This document shows positions 26,674 through 37,086 of a DNA stretch of 64,000 nt, one piece after another. Both the position numbers and the translations under genes were made by a program. The notes beneath the pieces were generated by a model, which did no database searches, was not told where the DNA came from, and worked only from the letters and a program-made list of their open reading frames with translations. Origin of the DNA: Epiperipatus broadwayi. Taxonomy: Eukaryota > Animalia > Onychophora. The DNA is taken from assembly GCA_028023455.1 (NCBI GenBank), contig JAQFVV010000009.1, positions 3,906,001 through 3,970,000 on the forward strand. Reading direction: 5' to 3'. Numbering within the stretch: the first letter of the stretch is position 1; each line of letters opens with the position of its first letter.

Positions 26674-28236
26674 GTGACAGAATGTAAAGGATATATTAAT
26701 TACAATAACAGAATAAAAGATAATTTTATAAATCTAACAAAATATAAATTCTCAACGGAGCAAAATCAACTATTAAGTAAGTCTCCTTATTTTATACCAT
26801 TTGTGGATAAAGACATTAAAAAGAAGATAACTACGGACATAGAATTAGCAAATATTTCTACAGTAGATAAAAGGAAAATGAACTATTTATTGAACAAACA
26901 ATTAGGAAATATTAAATGTTCACAAAGGGAATATAAATATAAAAGAACTACTAAAGAAATAAGAAATATATGTAGAAAAGAGAATATAGTGTTATGTAAA
27001 GAAGATAAAGGTAGTAGATTTGTTATAATGTATTCTAAAGATTATATAGATAAGATAGAAAATGAGATAAAAAAGGAAGGATATATAAAATTATTTAAAG
27101 ATCCTACTAATAATATAAAAAGTAAATATATAGAGATATTACATAAAATGGAAGGGAAAGGAATTATTGATAAAAATAAGTATGGATTTTTGTATCCATC
27201 AATGTATGAAAATCCATATATATTTACTAAAGTAAAAACACAAAAAGAGGATAATCCATTAAGATTATTATTTAACTTTTCAAATTTCATTTTACAGAAA
27301 TTTTGTAGATATATAAATAAATGGATAGCAAATATTATGGGGTATGGGGAATTTTGTATTAAAAATACTGATGAAATTATAGATAGGTTAAATATAATAA
27401 AAATGAATAGAAATCAAAGTATTTTTGTAATGGATATAGAGAAAATGTATCCAAGTATACCTAGGGATGAAAGTATTAAAATAGTTATACAAAAATTAAA
27501 AATGTATATACAGGATATGGAAATAATTGACATTATGGAACAGGGGTTAAATTTAATAAATAATAGCTTATATTTTAAATATAAAGATGAATATTGGAAT
27601 ATAAATAAGGGATGGGTTATGGGATGTGCAATAAGTGGATTAATGGCTTCAATATTTATAAATGAAATGGAATTACATATTGTCAAGAATAGAATAATAA
27701 ATAAAGAAATAAAAGAGTATTTTCGATATGTAGATGATATCTTAGTAATAGGGAATAAAAGAGTTATAAAAAATATATATAATGAATTTAATAATAATAA
27801 AAATAATATAAAGTTTACAATAAAAGAAATAGATAATAAAATAAAATATTTAGATATAGAAATAAAGATAAACAATAACATGATTGTATTAAATCATTTT
27901 ATTAAAGAAGATAAAATAAGAAAAATAATTTATAAGGATTCACAACAAGCATGGACACAAAAGATGGCAGTAATTAAGAATTTTAAAATTAAAAATGATA
28001 GGTATAACACAGATAAAAAAACCGCTGAAGTACAAAAAGAACAATTTATTAAATTATATTCTAGCTATGGATATAATCCTAGAAATATTAGGAATATATT
28101 ATATGATAATAAAAATAATATTAGAGGGAATAAAATATTAAATAATATAAAATGGATTAAAATTGCATATACACCTAAAATTTATGATATATTAACTAAA
28201 AATAAAAATTATATGAATAAAAATAGGATGGTCTAA
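26674..28236 (+). CDS. PLE RT (520 aa, no AUG at the start), cut off from the endonuclease by a frameshift
   Basis: PLE N-terminal motif NLTKYKFSTEQNQLLSKSPYFIP and full RT motifs. One 8-bp ataaaaat unit is missing near 28224 relative to the minus copy. Confidence 0.95.
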   Translation: MTECKGYINYNNRIKDNFINLTKYKFSTEQNQLLSKSPYFIPFVDKDIKKKITTDIELANISTVDKRKMNYLLNKQLGNIKCSQREYKYKRTTKEIRNICRKENIVLCKEDKGSRFVIMYSKDYIDKIENEIKKEGYIKLFKDPTNNIKSKYIEILHKMEGKGIIDKNKYGFLYPSMYENPYIFTKVKTQKEDNPLRLLFNFSNFILQKFCRYINKWIANIMGYGEFCIKNTDEIIDRLNIIKMNRNQSIFVMDIEKMYPSIPRDESIKIVIQKLKMYIQDMEIIDIMEQGLNLINNSLYFKYKDEYWNINKGWVMGCAISGLMASIFINEMELHIVKNRIINKEIKEYFRYVDDILVIGNKRVIKNIYNEFNNNKNNIKFTIKEIDNKIKYLDIEIKINNNMIVLNHFIKEDKIRKIIYKDSQQAWTQKMAVIKNFKIKNDRYNTDKKTAEVQKEQFIKLYSSYGYNPRNIRNILYDNKNNIRGNKILNNIKWIKIAYTPKIYDILTKNKNYMNKNRMV

Positions 28237-28285
28237 TAGTAAAAATTTAGATATATTAATAGGAAATTATAAGATTAAAGATGAT

Positions 28286-28633
28286 ATGAAATATATAAAG
28301 GGAACAGTATATAAAATTACTTGTGGGATATGTAAAATGGTTTACTATGGACAAACATCAAAACAATTAGAACAAAGGGCAAAAGAACATAATAGTGCTA
28401 TTGAAAGGAGGGATGATAGATCAGCATTATATGTTCATTATTTAAAATTTGGACATAAAATAGATTGTATTAAAAACATAAGACCATTAAATTATATAAA
28501 GGAAATGAATAGAAGGAAAATATATGAAACAAACTATATAAAATATAATATAAATACATGTATGAACATTTACAAAAAGTCAATTGATTTAATGAATGAT
28601 TGGGTAATGGATAAAGAATGGAAAGTAATATAA
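28286..28633 (+). CDS. GIY-YIG endonuclease domain of the direct PLE arm (out of frame with RT)
   Basis: Translation identical to the C-terminus of the minus-strand ORF. Confidence 0.9.
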   Translation: MKYIKGTVYKITCGICKMVYYGQTSKQLEQRAKEHNSAIERRDDRSALYVHYLKFGHKIDCIKNIRPLNYIKEMNRRKIYETNYIKYNINTCMNIYKKSIDLMNDWVMDKEWKVI

Positions 28634-28726
28634 GGGGAGATAAATAAAATGATAAAAATAATGAATTATAGGAAATGTCAGTAGATGTCGCTATATACGT
28701 AATATACGTGTTAGTATTAGTACGAG

Positions 28727-28785
28727 GTATCATATTGAGAAGGGTAAAAAAATTTAGAATTACCGAAAAAGGCTTTTATATATAT
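28727..28785 (+). ncRNA. Candidate variant minimal hammerhead ribozyme (U3-A8 core) in the PLE 3' end
   Basis: gtat(c)ata TTGAGAA g GGTAA-12nt-TTACC GAA AAAGGCTTTT A tatatat. Stem II is 5 bp. Stem III is self-complementary with G-U pairs. UUA site, predicted cleavage after A28778. Confidence 0.6.
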
Positions 28786-29709
28786 AATTTTTCTGTGATG
28801 TATTTAAAAGTTGTTATTATTATATAATAAAGATTTATATTATATTTCATTGATTATAAATATTGTAATTTAAAATTGGTGTTTGTTAAACAAATAATCA
28901 AATAGCTTTATTGTTCAGAAGTTCACAAGTTCAAGCCAGAAGACAAACTATAAACTATCTGAGAATATCCAGAATCTTACATTTTACCATAGCATCAAAT
29001 CATAGAGCATTGATGCTTATTAATAATGGCAATTGCAACAATTTTCTCTCACTTATAAATATTTTTCTTTTTATTATAAATATTATCTTTTTAAATAAAA
29101 ACATGTTTAAAAAAAGTTTTTTTATTTATTATTCTTAGATTCTATGTAGTTTTTTTTCCTCTTGAAATTGTAAATCAATATTTATTTGATTCTATATTTT
29201 TCATCTTTTTTACAATTTATAAATTTTATATTAAAATAACATTTATTATCTTGTTAATAGTTCTATCTGTTTTTAAACTTTTGTAGTATTTGTCTATGTC
29301 ATAGAATTTATTAATAATATCAATTTATAAGTAGAATGTATCACAATATATAGTAAAACTCTTTTTTTAATTAGGTAATTTTAGTTCTTAGCTCAGTGCA
29401 TGTCGAATGACACTATTATTGTAGCTTAATAGTTCTTATCTTGAATGCTTGAATTAAACTTTCTCTCTCTCTCTCTTGCTATCTCTCATTTAGAATAAAA
29501 CCAGTAATATAAATATATACTTGAAAACTAATAGATAAAAACATTTAAAAAGATGGTAATTATGATAGAAGGCACTTAGAAAGTAAAATATTTGTGAGTT
29601 GATTATATATATATACATTGATCCATGATCCTGATTATATATTAGTATTTCTTTATTATATTATATTTGTTGTGTATTATTGAATTACATATGTGATATA
29701 TGAATTTGA

Positions 29710-30285
29710 ACAGTCAAAACTCTCCATACAGTATTGCCAATCAGCGCAAAGACAGAGTAATCAATGGATGCCAGAAGGCTTATATATAAAATCCCCATCT
29801 AGTACCTACTCATCCAATATTCCCCGACTAGTTTCTGGCTTGTGATCTTCATCAGTGACAAGCCTTGGATCTGGGAACACTGCACCTAGATCTTAGGATC
29901 TAATGCAACTCTCCAGCAGCCACTTTTATCTCTACTTAACTACAAAACTATGAGTCTTAAATTGAAAACACAATATTTTCAATCCAAGCTCATTGGTTTA
30001 TATAGTCATAGTACCTCTATACATTTTGATGTTTTTGGTTCTTTAATAACAATAGCCACCACCATCCTATTAGGCAGGGTTGGTTTTAAGCCAATAAACA
30101 TCACATGATCACCATTTCTTATGCTTGCTTATAACTGTTATTAAAACAGGCAAAACACCTATTGCCACTCATTGCAAGCCTTCTGGCATCCATTGATTAC
30201 TCTGGCTTGCACCAAATGGCAATATAGTATAGAGAGTTTTGCCTGTTTTTATAACAGTTATAAGCAAGCATAAGAAATGGTGATC
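29710..30285. mobile_element. Family A copy 3: composite of a tandem minus-strand array (period ~436 nt) and a sense 3' piece
   Basis: The motif acag(g/t)caaaac recurs at 29710 and 30146. Hairpin arms at ~30099-30156 and ~30236-30292. 19-bp direct repeat atgtgatatatgaatttga at 29691-29709 and 30286-30304, partly overlapping the element end. Confidence 0.8.
29812..29870 (-). ncRNA. Decayed family A hammerhead
   Basis: Reverse complement reads atccaa ggc ttgtca CTGATGA a gat cacaa gcc a GAAA ctaGTC gggga atattggat. Core intact; stems I and II damaged. Confidence 0.6.
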
Positions 30286-30645
30286 ATGTGATATATGAAT
30301 TTGAGTTATTTTACATTATAACATTAATTACTCAAATTCAAAATATAATGAACTTTAAAATTTGACTAAGATTTTGCACATTTACTAAAATTATATATAA
30401 TTTAGCATTTATAGTAAAATATTATTAATAATAATTATTAATAATAAAATATCATTAATTATTAATAAAATTATTATTATTAATTATTAATACATAATCT
30501 TACAATTGTTTTTATCTTACAGTAAGTGTTTAATATTATGATTTGTTTAAATACAAATTGTGATAATGAATTGTAACAAGTTTCACACTTAAACCAATTA
30601 TAAACAAACCAGATACCATTATATTAATTATCAGGCAGATTATAT

Positions 30646-30695
30646 CTCACATATCTGAAGAAGCTGCTTTAGCAGAAACACATGTAGTACTAGAG
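30646..30695 (+). ncRNA. Degenerate minimal hammerhead candidate in a probable old PLE 3' end
   Basis: ctc-aca-tat CTGAAGA a gct-gcttt-agc a GAAA c-acat-GTA gta-cta-gag. Core perfect; stem I weak. Confidence 0.45.
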
Positions 30696-31106
30696 TTAAG
30701 ACTATTTATGTTATGATAACTGTTAGTTATATTCAAAATATAATGATTTTTAAAGTTGATGCTACAGAGAAATATGAGTATATTTCATTTATGTATATAC
30801 ATATGCACTCAAAAATGAAAGGGTAAATGCAGTTTATTAGTTAACTGTAAATTAATAATTTGATAAAAATCCGACAAGCTATCGTGGTACTGTTTCCTAG
30901 ACTATGAATACAGTGACTATCTTTTAATTGTACTATTGTTGAACAATGTGCTACTACTAAATTAAAAAAAACCATCAAAATCCATGAAATTTTCAGAATG
31001 ATAGTATGTACTATAGAGAATATGGTAGAAAGATTTAACTAAGACAATCAAATAACAAAGAGGTGAAACATGTTAATAGAGGTATGATTTTAAAAGCAAG
31101 TAAAAC

Positions 31107-31210
31107 TTTTTTCTCATGTGTCAAAGCATTGGCCGAGAAGCGAACCCTCGAACCTGGGACAACTGCTTGTAAGGCAGCTGTGCTGACCATTCGGCCACCA
31201 ATGCTTGGCA
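31107..31210 (-). mobile_element. tRNA-Gly(TCC)-derived SINE, TAC-anticodon subfamily
   Basis: GCATTGG...CCAATGC acceptor stem, GCTGC-CTTACAA-GCAGT anticodon arm, duplicated GGTTCG in the T arm, 3' tail tttgacacatgagaaaaaa. Confidence 0.75.
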
Positions 31211-32908
31211 AAGTTTTACTGCAGATTATTGTTAAACCAGTATACAACTGCAAGAAAACTTTGCCGAAAAATATTAAAATTAAAATAATTCCTGTTTAAA
31301 TATAACAAATAAATAAAAAAAGTCTTTATTTTTTGATTTTCTGTATATATTTTTTAATAATGTCTACGGACGATTTTTAAAACAGAATTAAAATTAGACA
31401 GCACAAAAATTATTTTTTAAGTTTAAATTCAAAATTATTTAATTTTTAACAGAAAAAATGAAAGAATCCCTTTTGTTAGAAATGGAAAACAAAGAGTTAA
31501 TATTACATAATCACCTATCTTTTAAACAAGAAGAGTTTTCTTCTTGATCAGATCTAACTGGAAGAGGTTATATTTTCTTTGCTTAGTTTCAGTTGACAAT
31601 CAAAAATAAATACGACTCATAGACTACATAAAAATTATATAAATAATGTCTGCAAAATCCCAAATAATTAATAGTGGTAACAATATGCATGTTTAAAAAA
31701 AAATAATTTTCATAATTTTTTAAATATTTGTGAATTAAGTATTTTGTATTACAGGATACTTTTTTAATTTTTATGAACTTTTTGATTATATAATCATCAT
31801 CACAATCAGTGATCAACTGGCATTATCTTCGTTTTCTAGCAATCTTTCACACATTTTGAAGATTCAGTAATTTATATTTTTGTTACATTCTTGTCCTCAA
31901 AAGAATCTTCTCCAGTTTTGTTTATTAGTATATGCATTCAATATTAGATTTCATAAATAAATTTTTGATGTCTTTGATATTTAGGTCAAGATATTGTCTA
32001 ACTAAAGATCTTATTCCCAGATTTAAGTTTAACTTTGATTCTTTGATTAACTTCTGCAAGAAGAACCCAGAAGACATATTCTATTTATTTCAGACATGCA
32101 TACACTTCAAACAATTTTGGCAATTGATTTTCTATGAGGGAGGGGTTATTAGAGCATCTCTAATCTTAATTACACAACATTGCAAACTTCTTTAATAAAA
32201 AAAAAAACACCTTTCAAAGTGCATTTATATAAAAAAAACATAGTCTTAAAAATACCGTAATCAAATTGATTTGAAATACATACATGTATATTCACCAAAT
32301 TTCTATGCCAAAGAAAATCATGATTTGACATAGTATTTTCATTAATTGACTAATTTTTTAAGCTGATTTTATTTCAATTTTCTCTTTGTTTATTGTTTTC
32401 TTTGTATTTTATATATGATAATGGTTTTTATTTAGTTCAGTTTATTTATTATTAGTTATATCTGAATCATTCTTTGATTATAATTAGGTTAATTACATCA
32501 GGGATTAATTTCTAAACTTTTGAAAATATTTAATAGTGTTTATTAAATAATAATAAAAAATCAACTATACACAACTACTGTATTATGAGGCCAGGTGATG
32601 TTTGGTTACCAAAATTAGTGATTGCTCACATTAATTTCATTTAATTGATCATATTAAAAATGTTTATTTTTTTACTTTTCTCAGCTAAGAATTGATCCAG
32701 GAATCTCTGGCTAAAGATTCCAGTCTTTGTATAAGTGATGTATTAACTTTCATTACTTTTATTTAAATATAAATATTAATCAGCTTAATTCTAAAAATGT
32801 TTTGCTTTTAATAATTAGCCTACATTAACTGTTCTTTTGTTTAAATATCTTATAACAATTCATCCAAATCTCCTTATTTATTTTTTGTTTTTATTTTTCT
32901 CTTTTTAC

Positions 32909-32966
32909 CAAATCAAAGTATTTCTCAGATAAAACAGGCATTATAAAACTCCATTTTACATTTGAT
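32909..32966 (-). CDS. Putative exon of unidentified minus-strand gene 2 (SNVKWSFIMPVLSEKYFDL)
   Basis: gctatttaatgcag acceptor and gtaaaa donor; phase 2 start matches the 33586-33605 exon. Confidence 0.45.
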
Positions 32967-33585
32967 CTGCATTAAATAGCAGTAATTTGTCTCATTTTCT
33001 ACTCTTTAAGGTTATTTTAGCTGTGATTAATGAATAATAGATAACAGTGCAAATAGGTTTTGTGACCAATTTTTATTTAATTGACCATTTTCTGATAAAA
33101 CAAAGATGGTCAGTAGATAGCTAAAAAGTAAAATAGTGTTGTTTTGTTTTTTTATTATGGAATGCTAATTTGCCAAAAATCAGTCTTAAGATTATATTTC
33201 TACTGTCATCCACTAAAAAGGAATTACTCAATGTTTATATTAAAATGATTCTAGAGCAGAGAGAGAAAGTGAAGTCACATTAATTTTGAAATTATGAAAA
33301 ACATTTTGTTAATTTCACAGATTACAAAAATCTTTTAATTCTTTATGATTAGTGATATCATCTTAATCTATATTATTTATAATCCTCTTTACATCTTCAC
33401 ATTTAAACTATTTTTGCCATTATGTGTGTGTATGCAAAGTTTTCTGAGAGAAGAAGGTATAGTTAAACCTTAATTATCCAACAAATAGCATAGAGAATAG
33501 TTAGACAAATGAAAATGACAGATAAATGAAAATATTATCAATAGTTAGTGATGAAGAAGTCAAACTGAATAAAATTTCAACATAC

Positions 33586-33605
33586 GATTGAATTTTGTAT
33601 TCACA
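33586..33605 (-). CDS. Putative 20-nt microexon of minus-strand gene 2 (CEYKIQS)
   Basis: ttttgattgcacag acceptor and gtatgt donor; phase 0 to 2. Confidence 0.5.
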
Positions 33606-33987
33606 CTGTGCAATCAAAAACCAGTAGTTTTACTTTAATAAATATATTTTTAAAAAAAATATTTATATTATTATAGCATATTTTAATAATATAAAAATTA
33701 TTTAAGTTTTATAATTGAATCCTAATTATTGAGACGCTAGAATAAATTGTATTAAGAAGAAAAAAAACAATCACAAACTACTGTGACTGATAATCAGTCA
33801 TTGCATTTGATTATAAATATTTTATTATCAACTTAACAAAGATACAGAACGTTTTATCATATTCACATAACTGTAATAAGTACATTTATATACAGCTTTA
33901 TATTGCTATCTATACATATATAATGGTAAAAAATATTATTAGTCAAATGATAATTTTAAAATATCATTAATAAATGATTAAACTTAC

Positions 33988-34018
33988 CTTTTAGTTGCTA
34001 TGTTAATTAACTTTTGCC
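33988..34018 (-). CDS. Putative 31-nt exon of minus-strand gene 2 (QKLINIATKK)
   Basis: ctatttacttacag acceptor and AAG|gtaagt donor; one open frame. Confidence 0.55.
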
Positions 34019-37000
34019 TGTAAGTAAATAGTCTTCTTTTTTTGCATTTCATGATTTTATGAAGAATTAACTAGACCTACAATAGCCAGAGCAGCTGGTG
34101 GACAGTTCAGTTATTTTTTAAGATACACTTTTCTGGCTGTTGTATTCATAAAATATCAAAGAATACAGTAAGAAATGATCATTTTTTTAGTGTAAAAAAA
34201 AAATCACTGAACATGGCACTAGAGAGCAATTCAAGTATTTATTAATACTATCCGAGAATTATCATTTGACAATTTTATATATATATATATGAGATGCTGA
34301 TAGCGAAATCCTTTGCCTTGCAGTGGATTATTTAAAGCTTGTGTTCTTATATATATATATATATATAATGAAAAATAATATTCATAACTGGAAAATATTT
34401 TTTTAGTAATAAAAACTGAATCTAGCACACTTTCAATACATGGATGTTATTTTCAGGCCTTTTAAATTTATTTATTATTTATATAATAACCTTAGTCTGT
34501 TGTTGATGAATTTGTAGTAAATATTGTATATTGCAGTATATATTTTATTTTTATAATATATTAAAATTTACTCATAAAAAAATAAAATAAAAATAAGCAT
34601 TTAACAGTTAATGTTTGTTTCTTGTGGTCATTTTAACAACCATAAATATTGTAATATAGTTAGTGGTGATAAGAAAAGATTCCTAGAGCTAGTTTCTAAA
34701 ATAATTTAGTTCACAGAAGAAGTTCCTCAAATATTAATACCAAAAATATTATAATAAAATATTAAACATGATCAAAATTAAGCATATACATTGTTCAACT
34801 AAGTGTTCAATTTCGATCCCAATTCATTATAGCAAAAAAATCACTGCCTATGATCAATCATAGCTCAAAATAATTATCATCTAGATCTTATTCATTTAAA
34901 AGAATGAGATAGTTATAAAATAATAAATGAACATATAATGCTGAATGTTTGGAATTTATGTGAATAGTGTAAACAAATACAATCAAGCCATGAACTACAG
35001 TATATGTAACTACATAACATCAATTATATGCTGACTAACGAAAACTATAAACAAACAAAAAAAAACATTAAAATTTAGCAATTTCATATTTTTTTCTGCA
35101 TGTTGCATGCAACCACATTAAAAAAGAAAGAAATTTTTTTTAAATAAATATTACAATACACCTGTAGCTGTTTTTCCATTTTGGAATATTGTATATGATT
35201 ATATATACTAATAAAATTTCTTTGGTTATTCTTTATTATTCTTACTGAAGTTGATATGCAATATTTTACATAATAAAATATTTTCTGAGTATAATGTTAA
35301 AAGTTTTACAAAATTTTAGAATATACTAAAAGGTGATACTGACTTAAAATCAAATCAGTTAGAGAGATCCTAATTTCTTAGTAATAGGTTCACTATTATC
35401 TTTCTATAAAAGAAAAAAGTTATTGAAAAAAAAAGAATATCACTTAAAACATATTTAATAGCTGAAAAAATTAGATATTTTGCTATTTATTTTAAAAATA
35501 TAGTAGTTAGGTTTTTTTTTTCCTATTTTTATTACTTCAGTGAATGCATAAATGAATACACACCCAGTAAACTATATGTAAATGTGTCCCTCGATTTATT
35601 ATTAATAATTGCATTATTATTTTTTAAAATTTTGTTTATACTATAAATACAAATAAAAAAAAGCATTTATATATATATATAAGTACATGTTAAAAAATAC
35701 TGTACCCTTACAGTTCAATAAACAATGTGTACTTTTTCTAATTAATATTTGTCAACAAAATGTGAGCTATTATAAGCTATATACATTTCTATGCAAAAGT
35801 GGCTTGGAACACAATATAATATCACTCATGATTCCATTTTATATCCATAATTCATAACACTTATATTTTAAATTTAATACATACAGTGACACTGTAATTA
35901 GATAGTTAAAATTAATAAAAATGTGAATCTTGTATTTTTATTATTATTTTCTTTAAAAAATGATGCTCTGAGTATGTAAACTAGAAAATAGAATTGGAAA
36001 ACTAGTAAAAAACACACACATGGGTGTGCATGTGTATATACCATTTAAGTGAACTTTTAAAATATAACATTGATTTGAAAAGTATTTGTAGATACCATTA
36101 TAAAATCAAAAAAAATGCTTGAGTAATTCAAAGAATAAAAATAAAGTTAGTATTATTGCACCAATAGGTAAGATGAAAGAGGTTTCAGATTAACGAACAT
36201 AATAAGATAAGCAAAAGTGATCAACAATAAATTACATATTTCATTAATGATAATTTATTTACTGATAAAGAATTAATTGTTATACAACTTCATTGTCCAA
36301 ATCATAACTACATCCCAATTTTGACTACAGTCATAAAAGTTAGGGGGAAAAATCAATGAAAACATTTTATATATGGAATTTACATTTGTTTTCTAAATTA
36401 CAAAAAGTCAATAAAGTTATTGATAATAATTATGTATGGCACAATAAAGATTTTATTGTTACAATTTCTTAGTAAGACAATTATATATGTAATAATATTA
36501 TAAATGGAAATCCATATTTCTTCAAGTAATATACATAATGGATAATTAAATATTAGTAAATACGGTAATCAAAATTTTTTTTTGAAAAGAACAAAAAAAA
36601 TATATAATCATCTCTTAGGTCACTTAGGAGTTATCTTCTTAATCTTTGTCAACTAATTCTTTGAAAGATTAATCTACTCATAATTCTGTGATCTTAACAT
36701 TTGTTGCCTGCCTATTGATTAAGTCTTACCTGTATTTATTTATATATTAGCATAGCTTTCTTTATTTTTCTTTTATTGTTATTTCTTTCAGTTTGCAATA
36801 TTTTTACATTATTAACGTTAAGATCATGGAATTATGGGATAGTTAACCTTTCAAAGAATTATTTGACAAAGCCTATCTGAATAGTTAGAATAGTCTAAAG
36901 CACTTCTAAATGATGATTATATATATTTTTTGTTCTTTTCAAAAAAAATTTTTTGATTATCCTATTTACTAATATTTAATTATCAGATTATATATATATT

Positions 37001-37086
37001 TATTTAGTGGTCTAATTATTAATATTTACCAGCTCAAACACTATTATAATATAGTCAAAAAACAAATTAATTTAAACATTTAATAA

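Larger units (their letters stand above)
23976..28859. mobile_element. Penelope-like retroelement locus: inverted arm 23976-26151, central partial pLTR ~26148-26670, direct arm ~26670-28859
   Basis: The two arms are near-identical reverse complements. RT and GIY-YIG motifs are present. Tandem-plus-inverted layout is typical of PLEs. No TSD detectable. Confidence 0.95.

Noticed and set aside
24102-28733. Antisense ORFs over the PLE (24102, 24962, 25553, 27042, 27414, 28470)
   Set aside because: Shadow frames of AT-rich PLE coding sequence; F/I/L-rich with no motifs.
23960-28875. TSD around the PLE
   Set aside because: Only the palindrome ttataa is shared, which follows automatically from the inverted ends.
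31129-31145. tcgcttctcggcc on the minus strand matches the 5' end of U2 snRNA
   Set aside because: It is the T arm and acceptor of the tRNA-Gly SINE; other copies read ttcccgg and no further U2 sequence follows.
31126-31204. Functional tRNA-Val(TAC) gene
   Set aside because: Gly-type body, duplicated T-arm segment and A-rich tail indicate a SINE, as for 41357-41436.
31099-31221. 12-bp inverted repeats flanking the SINE
   Set aside because: Equally explained by a one-mismatch TSD on the quasi-palindrome aaaa(c/g)tttt.
31932-32195. 87-aa plus-strand ORF, also partly open on the minus strand
   Set aside because: Strand ambiguous, no recognisable motif and no supported neighbouring exons.
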